The notes under the pieces were generated by a model, which saw only the letters and a list, made by a program, of their open reading frames with translations, had not been told where the DNA came from and did not search any database. From positions 1-56,205 of the forward strand of contig SKHV01000088.1 of assembly GCA_007116765.1 (NCBI GenBank): a stretch of 56,205 nt of DNA, written 5' to 3'. How positions within the stretch are numbered: position 1 is the stretch's first letter; every line of letters begins with the position of its first letter. Positions 41,357-50,902 of this stretch are shown one piece after another. This DNA is from Prolixibacteraceae bacterium. Lineage in GTDB: Bacteria > Bacteroidota > Bacteroidia > Bacteroidales > Prolixibacteraceae. The translations under genes were made by a program, and so were the position numbers.

Positions 41357-41364
41357 TATATTTG
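41357..41364 (+). promoter_or_regulatory. -7 promoter element for the integrase-N-terminal-domain gene
   Basis: TATATTTG 45 nt upstream of ATG 41410, downstream of the rpoD terminator. Confidence 0.5.
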
Positions 41365-41409
41365 AAGGCATTAATAAATTAGGGGAATTATTAATTTAAA
41401 ATTATTAGA

Positions 41410-42006
41410 ATGGGACGTAAGATTAAAGTCATTTTACAGCCAATAAAATTTCGGAAAAAAGACCATGTAGCAATACTGAGCCCTAACTTTTCCGAAATTG
41501 ATGAGATTGTAAGAGATTTCGCGGGTGTAGAATGGAGCACCGGTTACCGGTTTTGGCACATGCCACTTAAACCCGGTACTATTGAACAAATAAGTGAATC
41601 ATTGAAAGAAGTTGCTTCTATTGATATATCTGCATTTAATGATTTCGAGTTTACAGAAAAACCCGAACAAACACCAAAAAGAAGAAGATTTAGAACTGGC
41701 AAGCCCTCCGAAGAACAAAAAGAAAAACTAAAAGCCTTTGAAACAGAGTTTCTGAGAAGGGGATACAAAGCAGGAACTATTAAAGTTTACGTAAGCATGC
41801 TTAATGTGTTTTTTGGATGGTTAAACCATAAATCAGATACAGAAATTACCCGTGCAGACATCGACAATTTCATTGCTGCATATATTAAAGAAAACAAATT
41901 TACGCCAAACTATCGCAGGCTGCTAACCAATGCCCTGCGGCGTTACTTTGGTTATATTGGCAACGAAGAACTTGCAAAACCAACAATGCAACATTACAAG
42001 GGATAA
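41410..42006 (+). CDS. Phage integrase N-terminal SAM-like domain protein without catalytic domain
   Basis: N-terminal GVEWS.GYRFWHMP segment plus RRGYKAGTIKVYVSML..FF...ITRADIDNFI...NALRRYF core-binding-like domain; no R-HxxR-Y region. Confidence 0.7.
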   Translation: MGRKIKVILQPIKFRKKDHVAILSPNFSEIDEIVRDFAGVEWSTGYRFWHMPLKPGTIEQISESLKEVASIDISAFNDFEFTEKPEQTPKRRRFRTGKPSEEQKEKLKAFETEFLRRGYKAGTIKVYVSMLNVFFGWLNHKSDTEITRADIDNFIAAYIKENKFTPNYRRLLTNALRRYFGYIGNEELAKPTMQHYKG

Positions 42007-42026
42007 CTTTACTACTTACAATATAC

Positions 42027-42059
42027 ATGGGAATCAGAATACTGATTCCCATTTTTTTT
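42027..42059 (+). terminator. Intrinsic terminator
   Basis: ATGGGAATCAG-AATA-CTGATTCCCAT perfect 11-bp stem running into a T tract. Confidence 0.88.
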
Positions 42060-42943
42060 CAATCACATGCCTGCATGGGGTCAATATGAATAGTAGCTTC
42101 AATATTGAACTCTTCCTTGATTTTATTCTCCACATGATCAGTTATGTCGTGTGCCTGTAATATTGTCAGTTCAGATGGTAAACAAACATGAAAGGTCATT
42201 TCGGTATGCAGCACATAATTGTGGACATGTACATGGTGAATTTTCAAATTTCGTCCTGAAACTTTGTTGGCAAAAAGTTTTATTCTAGATATTAGCTCGG
42301 GATTAGCCTGTTCACCTAAAATTATACTAATGCTATTTTTTATTATTCCCCAAGCCGTGTAAAGCAAAAATAATGCAACTACAATGCTTAATGCTGCATC
42401 AACCCACCAAATAAATCGACCAACAAAAATACCTACCAGTATTACAATTGAAGAAAGAGCATCGCTCCTATGATGCCAAGCATCGGCCTTTAAGGTTTCT
42501 GAACCTGTTTTTTGGCTTCCCCAGAAAGCAAACTGAGCTAACCCCTCCTTAAATAACACCGATAAAATGGTTACCACAATCGCAATCCATCCATACGAAG
42601 CAGATTTGCCTTCGATAAAACGTTCAATTCCTTCTTTGATAAAATTGAAGCCTATAAGCACTAAAAACACACCTATAAAAATGGTAGCAACCAATTCGAA
42701 TCGTCCGTGCCCAAAAGGATGTTCATTGTCGGGTTCTTTATGAGAAAAACGTGCACTTATTAACACAAGAACTGAACTTATCGAATCGGACAAGGTGTGC
42801 CAGGCATCAGCAATTAATGCCAATGAGCCACTGGCTATTCCTGCCCAGTATTTCAACACAAAAAGAAGCATATTGATTATAATCGACAACCATCCCTCCT
42901 GCTGACTGATTCGTTTCCGGATATTAGATTTATTTTTTACCAT
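42059..42943 (-). CDS. Cation diffusion facilitator family transporter (FieF-like)
   Basis: SLALIADAWHTLSD, HPFGHGRFE, ADAWHHRSD, C-terminal dimerisation domain. True start is ATG 42943; the 43213 extension is antisense to the FKBP gene. Confidence 0.92.
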   Translation of the reverse strand: MVKNKSNIRKRISQQEGWLSIIINMLLFVLKYWAGIASGSLALIADAWHTLSDSISSVLVLISARFSHKEPDNEHPFGHGRFELVATIFIGVFLVLIGFNFIKEGIERFIEGKSASYGWIAIVVTILSVLFKEGLAQFAFWGSQKTGSETLKADAWHHRSDALSSIVILVGIFVGRFIWWVDAALSIVVALFLLYTAWGIIKNSISIILGEQANPELISRIKLFANKVSGRNLKIHHVHVHNYVLHTEMTFHVCLPSELTILQAHDITDHVENKIKEEFNIEATIHIDPMQACD

Positions 42944-43005
42944 GAAAATAATGATGTGTACTTTTTTGAATAAAAAGGATTTTATAAAAGTACAAAACAA
43001 AAACT

Positions 43006-43013
43006 TATTTTTG
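43006..43013 (+). promoter_or_regulatory. -7 promoter element for the FKBP gene
   Basis: TATTTTTG 22 nt before the TTG start; TTTA at 21-nt spacing upstream. Confidence 0.5.
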
Positions 43014-43035
43014 CAAAAAACAAAACATATACAAA

Positions 43036-43467
43036 TTGGCAAAAAGAGAAACAAAAAAGAAGAGCAAAGGCTCGGCAGGTAATAACCGGAAAATTGGCAA
43101 CAATTTTTTGCAGAAAAATGCACAAAAACCGGAAGTAATTGAAACTGCAAGCGGACTGCAATACCAGATAATTGAAAAGATAGAGGGTACTCACCCCGAC
43201 GAATGGAGTGCACTTACCATTCATCAACGTGCCATGCTGCTTAATGGTTCGCTGCTTGAAGACACCTACAGGCAAAACAAACCCGATGAGCTAAATTTAA
43301 ACGAAATGATAGAAGGGCTACAAGAAGGACTACAGTTGATGACCAAAGGCAGCCGCTTCAAGTTTTGGATTCCGGCAGAACTTGCATGGGGCAAAAAAGG
43401 CACTGGAAACAAAATTCCACCCAATGCCGTTTTGCATTTCGATATTCGTTTAATTGATTTTTCTTGA
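43036..43467 (+). CDS. FKBP-type peptidyl-prolyl isomerase family protein (atypical active site)
   Basis: TASGLQYQII, MIEGLQEGLQLM..G, IPAELAWG, IPPNAVLHFDIRL; TTG start. Confidence 0.85.
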   Translation: MAKRETKKKSKGSAGNNRKIGNNFLQKNAQKPEVIETASGLQYQIIEKIEGTHPDEWSALTIHQRAMLLNGSLLEDTYRQNKPDELNLNEMIEGLQEGLQLMTKGSRFKFWIPAELAWGKKGTGNKIPPNAVLHFDIRLIDFS

Positions 43468-43484
43468 TTGAAAACTAAAGCACA

Positions 43485-44375
43485 CTAAAAATCGAATGTT
43501 TTAAGCCAGGATTTGAGCTCGTCTTTAATATCGTCTGTTTTTAATCCGTAAATTAAATTTGTTTTAATGAAATCAAGTTTGTTCCCTACATCGTAGCGTT
43601 TACCATCAAAGTGCAACCCATACATAGCATGCTCCGAAAGCATTGCTTTCATTGCATCGGTAAGTTGTATTTCATCGTTTTTGCCGGGTTTGGTTTTCTC
43701 CAAAAAATCGAATATATCAGGATTGAATACATAACGGCTGGCAATGGCCAAATCCGATGGGGCTTCTCTAACTGAAGGCTTCTCTATAAAACCTTTAGCC
43801 TTGTATACCCTACCTTCAACATGTTCACCATCAATAACTCCATAGCGTGAAATCATTTCGGGCAAAACCTTTTCAAGCCCAACAACAGATCCTTTGTATT
43901 TCTTATACACATCAATTAATTGTGCTGTAACAGGTTGCCCGTTGTTTCCTTCAATTAGCGTGTCGCCCAGCAAAACAGCAAAAGGCTCGTTACCCACAAA
44001 AGTACGTGCATGCATTACCGCATGGCCTAAACCCAGCATTTCTTTTTGCCATACAAAGTGAATGTTGGCCATGCTGGTAATATTCTGAATTTGTTTCAAT
44101 AACTCATACTTCCCTTTTTCTTCAAGCGAGCGTTCAAGCTCCCAACTCCGATCGAAATATTCTTCGATGGCTCTTTTTCCTCTTCCAATAATCAGTAATA
44201 TATCGGTAATACCCGAATTTACGGCTTCTTCAACAACATAGTGAATAACCGGTGTATCCACAATAGGTATCATCTCTTTAGGTTGCGATTTGGTAACCGG
44301 TAAGAATCTGGTACCAAAACCTGCTGCCGGTATTACTGCCTTGCGTATTTTCATTGTACTATATTTCAATTTCAT
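43485..44375 (-). CDS. galU: UTP--sugar-1-phosphate uridylyltransferase, GalU family
   Basis: KAVIPAAGFGTRFLP.TK..PKEM, LGLGHAV, FAVLLGD, IEKP, EIQLTDA, RYDVG. Confidence 0.93.
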   Translation of the reverse strand: MKLKYSTMKIRKAVIPAAGFGTRFLPVTKSQPKEMIPIVDTPVIHYVVEEAVNSGITDILLIIGRGKRAIEEYFDRSWELERSLEEKGKYELLKQIQNITSMANIHFVWQKEMLGLGHAVMHARTFVGNEPFAVLLGDTLIEGNNGQPVTAQLIDVYKKYKGSVVGLEKVLPEMISRYGVIDGEHVEGRVYKAKGFIEKPSVREAPSDLAIASRYVFNPDIFDFLEKTKPGKNDEIQLTDAMKAMLSEHAMYGLHFDGKRYDVGNKLDFIKTNLIYGLKTDDIKDELKSWLKTFDF

Positions 44376-45379
44376 TTATTATTTAAAACTATATCGGGCT
44401 TAATTACATCAATTTCATGTTTTTCAAAAACATTAACAAGTTCTTCAAACTGGCTTTCATTATCATAAGTACCAATTATTGCTCCGCCCGAACCGGTAAA
44501 CTTAGCACTGGCACCAACGTTTCGTGCCAGTTTCACCATATGCTTGTTTTCTTCCGAAATTTCGATAAGCGATTCACGCAAATCGTAATTGCGATTAATT
44601 AAACAGTGCAATATATCTGCATTTCCGTGTTCAAGAGCCTGCACAAACTGCTGAGCTAAACCTGCCCACTCCGTCATAGCTTCAAGTACTTTTTTTTCGC
44701 CTATATTGAATCGCGCCCTTAAGTTATTATGAATTACTTCGGAACCCTGCGACTGATCGTTCCGGTAAGCTATATACACAGGGGGCAATTTTGAAAAATT
44801 GAGCGGAACATAATGTCCAAAGCCGCATTCGTCCATCATCTTTTTGTCAAAATCCATAAAAACTGGTCGCTCGTATACTTGCGCTACACGATCTTGTAAA
44901 CCGGCAGATAGTCCCAACTGATCGGTCTCTACCGATAAAATCAAATTAGCCAGGACAGGTTTCGGGATATCAACCTCGTAAAACTGCATTAGTGCTTTCA
45001 TTACAGCCGTTATAATTGCACTTGAGCCGGCCAACCCTAAACGCAAGGGAATATTTGAGCTATAATTTACTGTAAAATTTTTGCTTGCCGTTTTGATATT
45101 TTCTTTCTGACAGTAATTATAAAACGTTTTAATTGTGGCTTTAATAAGGCGCACTCCTCCGTAATAACCGTTCAATCTGACACCTTCCACCAAATCTTTC
45201 ATTGAGTTATAAACCGGCAAATCGAGTTTTTCGGGTTTAATTTCAAGTTTTGGAGTATGATACAACTGCACATGTGCTGAAAAATTGCGAAATACAAATG
45301 CAATGGTTTTTCCAAAATATCCGTCAGAAGGGTTGCCAATTAAAGCAGCTCTGGGGTACGATTTTGTTTCTATTATCAT
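44372..45379 (-). CDS. GHMP-family kinase, glucuronokinase-like
   Basis: GHMP ATP motif NIPLRLGLAGSSA and KFTGSGGA; GNPSDGYFGKTI, GYYGGVRL and AGLQDRVAQVY blocks resemble plant glucuronokinase as I recall it. Confidence 0.8.
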   Translation of the reverse strand: MIIETKSYPRAALIGNPSDGYFGKTIAFVFRNFSAHVQLYHTPKLEIKPEKLDLPVYNSMKDLVEGVRLNGYYGGVRLIKATIKTFYNYCQKENIKTASKNFTVNYSSNIPLRLGLAGSSAIITAVMKALMQFYEVDIPKPVLANLILSVETDQLGLSAGLQDRVAQVYERPVFMDFDKKMMDECGFGHYVPLNFSKLPPVYIAYRNDQSQGSEVIHNNLRARFNIGEKKVLEAMTEWAGLAQQFVQALEHGNADILHCLINRNYDLRESLIEISEENKHMVKLARNVGASAKFTGSGGAIIGTYDNESQFEELVNVFEKHEIDVIKPDIVLNNK

Positions 45380-45396
45380 AATTTGAAATTGATAAG

Positions 45397-45404
45397 CAAA
45401 ACTA
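45397..45404 (-). promoter_or_regulatory. -7 promoter element for the kinase-galU pair
   Basis: CAAAACTA on + reads TAGTTTTG on -, 17 nt upstream of the kinase ATG. Confidence 0.5.
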
Positions 45405-45444
45405 AAAAAAATACAGAGTAAAGTATAAGTTTAAAGAAATAAAA

Positions 45445-46530
45445 TCAATGCGGGTATTTCTGTGGTTTCAGTTCACCGCTCAAAATAAAGCGGGCATTCA
45501 TAGCCATGGCTCCCATTTCATCTTCGCCGGGATAAACTGCTATCGGAGCAATGAACGATGTCCGGGCTTTAAGCATATCCACAATTGAATTATTGTATGC
45601 CACCCCTCCGGTTAGAATAATTGCATGCACATTGCCTTTGAGTACGGTAGCCATTTCACCTATTGCTTTAGCAACCTGATACACAAAAGCATCGACATAG
45701 AATTTCGATTTTTTTTCTCCCTTTTCTGCATCATTAACAATATCGGCCATATTGTTGGTAAATAAATAGGCGACCATCCCCCCCTCGCCCACTACCATTT
45801 GCCTAATCTCGTCAATGGTGAAGTTACCACTAAAACAAGCATCAATGATTTGCCCTACCGGCAGGGTTCCGCTCCTTTCGGGGCTAAAGGGTCCCTCACC
45901 GTCGAGTGCATTATTCACATCGATAACACGCCCGCCTTGGTGAGCTCCAACAGAAACACCTCCCCCCATGTGAACCACTATTAAATTAAGTTGATCGTAA
46001 GGCTTATTAAGGGATTTGGCATGTAAGCGTGCAATTGCTTTTTGATTAAGCGCATGAAAAATTGAACGCCGTTCGAAACGCGGATGACCCGAAACTCTGG
46101 CCAATTCGTCCATTTCATCGGTTACAACTGGGTCGGCAATATAGGCTTTCGCTCCTTTAATTTCGTGTGCAATAGCCTGTGCCAGTATTGGCCCCAGATT
46201 TGAGGCGTGTTGCCCAAGTATTCCTTTACGTACGTGGGTTATCATACGGTTATCGACCTCGTAAACGCCTGATTTAAGAGGATAAGTTAAACCACCACGC
46301 CCCATTACTATTTTTATTTCCGATAAATCTACATTTTCTAACTCAAGAGTACCTATAATAACATCTTTCCTGAATTCGTACTGCGAAATGATATCGGGGT
46401 AATGTACCAAATCGTCGATGAAATGACGAATGGTTTTTGAAACCATGCACTTTTCACCTTCAAAAACAGCAACCTTTGTTGAGGTTGAGCCCGGATTAAT
46501 CACAAGTATCATGTTCCCTAAATGCTTCAT
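45445..46530 (-). CDS. buk: Butyrate (branched-chain carboxylate) kinase
   Basis: ILVINPGSTSTK, GRGG, HASNLG, FHALNQKA, HMGGGVSV, GPFSPERSG, YPGEDEM. Confidence 0.95.
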   Translation of the reverse strand: MKHLGNMILVINPGSTSTKVAVFEGEKCMVSKTIRHFIDDLVHYPDIISQYEFRKDVIIGTLELENVDLSEIKIVMGRGGLTYPLKSGVYEVDNRMITHVRKGILGQHASNLGPILAQAIAHEIKGAKAYIADPVVTDEMDELARVSGHPRFERRSIFHALNQKAIARLHAKSLNKPYDQLNLIVVHMGGGVSVGAHQGGRVIDVNNALDGEGPFSPERSGTLPVGQIIDACFSGNFTIDEIRQMVVGEGGMVAYLFTNNMADIVNDAEKGEKKSKFYVDAFVYQVAKAIGEMATVLKGNVHAIILTGGVAYNNSIVDMLKARTSFIAPIAVYPGEDEMGAMAMNARFILSGELKPQKYPH

Positions 46531-46531
46531 A

Positions 46532-47428
46532 TTAAGCTGTTATTGCAGCAAATGCTATTGAATTAAGTTTTGTTTGCATGGTGTCGCCCCTCGATGAAAG
46601 CACTACAGGAACCTCTGTGCCCATCACAATGGCTGCAGCTTCGGCTTTGCACCAGCGTGTATTCAACTTATAAAACACGTTACCAGTTTCAATGTTCGGA
46701 AATAATAAACAATCAGCCTCGCCTGCAACAGGCGAAGTATAATTTTTAATGGCAGCAGCTTCTTTATCCACCGCCAAATCGAAAGCCATAGGACCTTCAC
46801 AAACCGATGAAGGAAAATCGCCATTCACCCACATTTCTTTAAGAAGTGCCGCATCGGTACAAGCGGTCATTTTCTCAATCACTTTTTCTGAAGCGGCTAT
46901 GAATGCAACCTTAGGCCTCTCAATTCCAAACGATTGCGCTACCTTAATCAGATAGCTAAGCATAATGGCTTTTTGTTCGAGTGTAGGCAAAGGTATAATT
47001 GCGACATCGCTCACAAACAATGGTTTGTGGTATTGCGGGTTAACAATCATTGAAACATGTGAGAGCAAAGCGCCTTTAGGCAATAGGCCATTATGTTTAT
47101 CCAAAATGGCACGCATAAAAGTATCGGTGTTAACCAAGCCTTTCATTATCAAATCGGCCTTACCCGAGTGTACAAGCTCAACGGCTTTGAGCACCGCCAG
47201 CTCAGCATTATCGGCATGATACACCGCATAATCGCCCGGCAATAGCCCGTGTGTTGAGCATCCATCAGCGATTTTAGTTTCATCGCCTGTGATACAAACG
47301 CTGACTAAGCCCAAATTCACGGCTTTACTAACAGCCTCAAGAGAACTGTTGTCGACACCATTTGCCAGAACCAGCCGCCTTACAGCATTGTTTTTTACCA
47401 ATTCGAAAAGTTTCGTATGTGCTGACAT
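46532..47428 (-). CDS. ptb: Phosphate butyryl/acyltransferase
   Basis: ADLIMKGLV.T, LLSHV, SDVAI, GPMAFDLA, PNIETGN, VLSSRGD; 1 nt from buk. ATG 47428 preferred over the longer ORF call. Confidence 0.88.
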   Translation of the reverse strand: MSAHTKLFELVKNNAVRRLVLANGVDNSSLEAVSKAVNLGLVSVCITGDETKIADGCSTHGLLPGDYAVYHADNAELAVLKAVELVHSGKADLIMKGLVNTDTFMRAILDKHNGLLPKGALLSHVSMIVNPQYHKPLFVSDVAIIPLPTLEQKAIMLSYLIKVAQSFGIERPKVAFIAASEKVIEKMTACTDAALLKEMWVNGDFPSSVCEGPMAFDLAVDKEAAAIKNYTSPVAGEADCLLFPNIETGNVFYKLNTRWCKAEAAAIVMGTEVPVVLSSRGDTMQTKLNSIAFAAITA

Positions 47429-47603
47429 GTTATCATGATTTTTTTCTTTAGTAAAGTAGACTATTATTGATGAAAAATCAACTAACAAACATCATTAATC
47501 AATAAAAAAGTAAAATTTGATGCAGTCTATTGCACCTTTTCTAAACACAGCAAAAAATCCTACCTTTAAAAGCGTCAAAAAGTTTAATATTTAAAGCCTA
47601 AAT

Positions 47604-48281
47604 ATGCTTCCATTTATTGATATCCATTCGCACATCAAAGCCGAAAACGAAGAAGGCATAATCAGAATAAACAATCTTTTACTGCACAAAAAGCTTCCTG
47701 TGGGCAAAGCTTTTTATTCGGCTGGTTGGCATCCGTGGTTTATCAACGGATACACGATTAATGAAATACACAATTCGCTTTTAGCTATTGGTAATAATAA
47801 AAATGTGCTGGCTATTGGTGAATGTGGTCTCGACAGAGTGAAATCAACACCCTTAGAAATTCAGAAGAAAGTATTTACCTTGCACATTGAACTTGCCCTC
47901 AAAAATGATAAACCACTCATAGTGCACTGCGTGAAATGCTATTCCGATTTACTCGAAACACTTAAAACCAAACAAATGCCCATCACCATAATTCATCGAT
48001 ACTCGGGCAATATACACCAACTAGAGCAAATGCTGAAGTACGATAATGTTTTCTTTTCACTGGGAGCTGATCTTTTTAAGGATAACAATAAACTGCAAAA
48101 AATTTTAAAGGCAATTCCACGCCAAAAAATATTTCTTGAGACCGATGATTCGCATATTTCAATTGAAAAAATATACCTTCGCGCTTCAATTATTTTAAAT
48201 ACTCACACAGAAGTACTGAAACAAGATATTTTTAGGAATTTCAAAAATATATTTGGAAATGAATTGGTTGAACCGCACTGA
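47604..48281 (+). CDS. tatD: TatD family hydrolase
   Basis: IDIHSH, GWHPW, AIGECGLD, PLIVHCVK, IIH, FLETD. Confidence 0.88.
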   Translation: MLPFIDIHSHIKAENEEGIIRINNLLLHKKLPVGKAFYSAGWHPWFINGYTINEIHNSLLAIGNNKNVLAIGECGLDRVKSTPLEIQKKVFTLHIELALKNDKPLIVHCVKCYSDLLETLKTKQMPITIIHRYSGNIHQLEQMLKYDNVFFSLGADLFKDNNKLQKILKAIPRQKIFLETDDSHISIEKIYLRASIILNTHTEVLKQDIFRNFKNIFGNELVEPH

Positions 48282-48966
48282 ACTTCTTCTGGGCACTAAC
48301 AAACTTAACAAGCTAAAAAATAGTCATGTATTAGTAGTTGGACTTGGCGGAGTGGGAGCATATGCTGCCGAAATGCTTTGCAGGGCGGGAATTGGCAAAC
48401 TCACAATTGTTGACGGCGATGAGGTTGAACTGACCAACTTAAACAGACAGCTACCCGGAACAACAAGTAATATTGGTAAACAAAAAGCCGAAGTTTTGTT
48501 CGAAAGGTTTAAAGACATTAACCCTGAAATTGAACTTGAGGTGATTTGCGAATACATCCATGACAAAAGGATATTAGAAGTATTACACACCGATTTTGAT
48601 TATGTTGTTGATGCAATTGACACTTTAGCCCCAAAAGTTTACCTCATATATCACTCCATACAAAGAGGACTGCCCATAGTTAGCTCACTGGGTGCCGGAG
48701 GAAAAATGAACCCTGAACTCATAAAAACAGTTGACATCTCAAAATCGTACAACTGCAAATTAGGCAGAATGATGCGAAAGCGGCTTGGCAAGTTTGGGAT
48801 TAAGAAAGGCTTCAAGGTTGTGTTTTCGCCTGAAGATGTAGCGGGGTCGGCAGTGAGGCTGGAAGAAGGAATAAATAAAAAGTCGGTAGTCGGAACCATT
48901 TCATATATGCCACCACTTTTCGGCTGCCATGTTGCGGCAGTAGTAATTAATGCACTAACAAGCTAG
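48259..48966 (+). CDS. tcdA: tRNA threonylcarbamoyladenosine dehydratase (ThiF/E1-like)
   Basis: RTELLLG, VVGLGGVG, TNLNRQ, YVVDAID, SSLGAGGK, VVFSPE, GTISYMPPLFG. Confidence 0.9.
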   Translation: MNWLNRTELLLGTNKLNKLKNSHVLVVGLGGVGAYAAEMLCRAGIGKLTIVDGDEVELTNLNRQLPGTTSNIGKQKAEVLFERFKDINPEIELEVICEYIHDKRILEVLHTDFDYVVDAIDTLAPKVYLIYHSIQRGLPIVSSLGAGGKMNPELIKTVDISKSYNCKLGRMMRKRLGKFGIKKGFKVVFSPEDVAGSAVRLEEGINKKSVVGTISYMPPLFGCHVAAVVINALTS

Positions 48967-50876
48967 TCAATACTTACAATACGCATTTCAGAACGTCGGT
49001 TTAACTTTCGTCCTTCTTCGCTTTTATTATCGGCCACCGGCTGAGTAGATCCATACCCTATAAAGTTTATTCTTCTCTGGGGAATATATTCTAGCAAAAA
49101 ATTGGATATGGCCTTAGCTCTGTTTTCTGAAAGTATGAGGTTGTATTGCTCATCTCCCACATTGTCGGTATGTCCCAATATTTCAATTCTCAACTTAGAA
49201 TTTAATTTCAAAAAATCAACTATTTGCATCAGCTCAGCTTCCGATTCAGTGGTTAACTGGTATGAATCGTGTTCAAACAAAACATTCTTCAAAACTACAT
49301 TCTCGTTTTCTCGTACGGGTGTTAAATATATATCGAGAACCTGTGCATTATGAAAATCCGCTCCTGCACGGTATTCAAACCTTTGCGAGTAAAACAAAAA
49401 TCCGGGACTTGAAATATTGAAGGCATATGATTTATCTTTCTGCAAAATAGCAATATAACCCGATTCTGAATCAGCATTCAAGGTGCGGTATACATTCTCG
49501 TTCAAATTGGCCAGTTCAATTTTGGCATCAATTTTTTCGAGAGTTAGCTTATTGAATACGTGTCCTTTTACGTAACCTGTTTCGCGTGGTTTAAATTCTG
49601 AAGGCAGCTGCAACACATACAGGCTTTTGCTTTTGCTACTGTCACTTATACGGTCAGAAGCCATAAGGGTAATGTGAGCGGTTGGAGAAACAACCAGTCC
49701 ATCTTCATTATGAATACTATTAATTGGGTAACCTAAATTCACAGCTCTTCCCCACTCTTCCCCATCAAACTTCGACATAAACAAATCACTCCCTCCTAAA
49801 CCCAAATGCCCTTCCGATGCAAAATAAAGTGTTTGTTCATCGGCATGAATAAAGGGTGAAAAATCGTCGTAGCGGGTATTGATATTACCACCAACATTAA
49901 ACGGCTCACCAAATTCAAGTTTACCGTCGGGTTTTTGCTTAAGTGAAGCTTCCCAAATATCCTTACCGCCAAAACCTCCATTCCTGTTCGATGACCAGAA
50001 AATTCTATCGCCATGAGGCGAAACAGCAGCTTGTGCTTCCCATCCACCGGTGTTAATATTGGCTGCATTTATGGGTTGGCTCCATTGGCCGTTCATTTTA
50101 TACATGTAATATATGTCACAACTTCCCTTGCCTCCCGGGCGGCCACATGCAGTAAAAAAAATCAATCGACCATCGGCAGTAATCGAAATTGTACCTTCAT
50201 TCACCTCAGCGTTATTTCCCAACGACAATTTCTCGGCCTTGCGCCAACCTTCGCAAGTTAAAGTAGAATAAAAAAGCCGCTCAAAAGGGAAAGGGCCTTC
50301 GTCTGTAATAAGTCGTGTAAAGTATAGCGTAGAATCGTCGGCCGAAATAAATGGCCAATATTCGTTAGCACGAGTATTGATACCCGAGTCGAGCCGGCTA
50401 ATGTGTATATCGTGTTTGTTTTCGAGTATGCTCAACGCCTTATAACACTGAGTAATGCTTCCGGTTATCCATGCAGAATCCCTCACTGAGCTATTCATTT
50501 GGAGATTCAAAAGCATTTGCAAACCCTTTTCGAAGCTTCCCGTTTCAATATATTTTGAAACCAGCAAACGGTATGCAAGTGGATTGTATTCATTAGAAAG
50601 AGCAACTATATTTTCCAGCGCCCATATTTCTTCTTTATTGTTTTGCTGCCGGTTAAAAATATCGGCCAGCAACATAAAAGCATCAAGGTGAGTGGAGTCT
50701 GCCTGAATTGATTTTAGTGCATTTTCTTTGGCTTCTTGTTCGTTTCCTTGCATGTAAAACTCTTTTGCCTGTTCGAAAAAACGGAGGGAACGTCGAGTTT
50801 GCGCAATCACATTTACACTTCCAAAGAGTAAAAATGAAAACAGACAAATACTAATTATATTTTTTGATCTGCTCAT
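48963..50876 (-). CDS. OmpA-family protein with TPR, PD40 beta-propeller and carboxypeptidase-regulatory-like domains (PorE-like architecture)
   Basis: Signal peptide, TPRs, repeated INT...P.IS.DG..LYF.S...G.GG.DI units, C-terminal GHTDNVG..YN..LSENRA...NRRSE. Confidence 0.9.
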   Translation of the reverse strand: MSRSKNIISICLFSFLLFGSVNVIAQTRRSLRFFEQAKEFYMQGNEQEAKENALKSIQADSTHLDAFMLLADIFNRQQNNKEEIWALENIVALSNEYNPLAYRLLVSKYIETGSFEKGLQMLLNLQMNSSVRDSAWITGSITQCYKALSILENKHDIHISRLDSGINTRANEYWPFISADDSTLYFTRLITDEGPFPFERLFYSTLTCEGWRKAEKLSLGNNAEVNEGTISITADGRLIFFTACGRPGGKGSCDIYYMYKMNGQWSQPINAANINTGGWEAQAAVSPHGDRIFWSSNRNGGFGGKDIWEASLKQKPDGKLEFGEPFNVGGNINTRYDDFSPFIHADEQTLYFASEGHLGLGGSDLFMSKFDGEEWGRAVNLGYPINSIHNEDGLVVSPTAHITLMASDRISDSSKSKSLYVLQLPSEFKPRETGYVKGHVFNKLTLEKIDAKIELANLNENVYRTLNADSESGYIAILQKDKSYAFNISSPGFLFYSQRFEYRAGADFHNAQVLDIYLTPVRENENVVLKNVLFEHDSYQLTTESEAELMQIVDFLKLNSKLRIEILGHTDNVGDEQYNLILSENRAKAISNFLLEYIPQRRINFIGYGSTQPVADNKSEEGRKLNRRSEMRIVSID

Positions 50877-50902
50877 GCAATCAAAACGAAAAATCGCTTT
50901 TC

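Noticed and set aside
42944-43213. 90-aa N-terminal extension of the CDF transporter in the ORF track
   Set aside because: Antisense to the FKBP gene and its promoter; CDF homology starts at Met 42943.
28088-48966. tsaD and tcdA (t6A and cyclic t6A) in the same window as a functional cluster
   Set aside because: 19 kb apart in unrelated operons; both are ordinary housekeeping genes.
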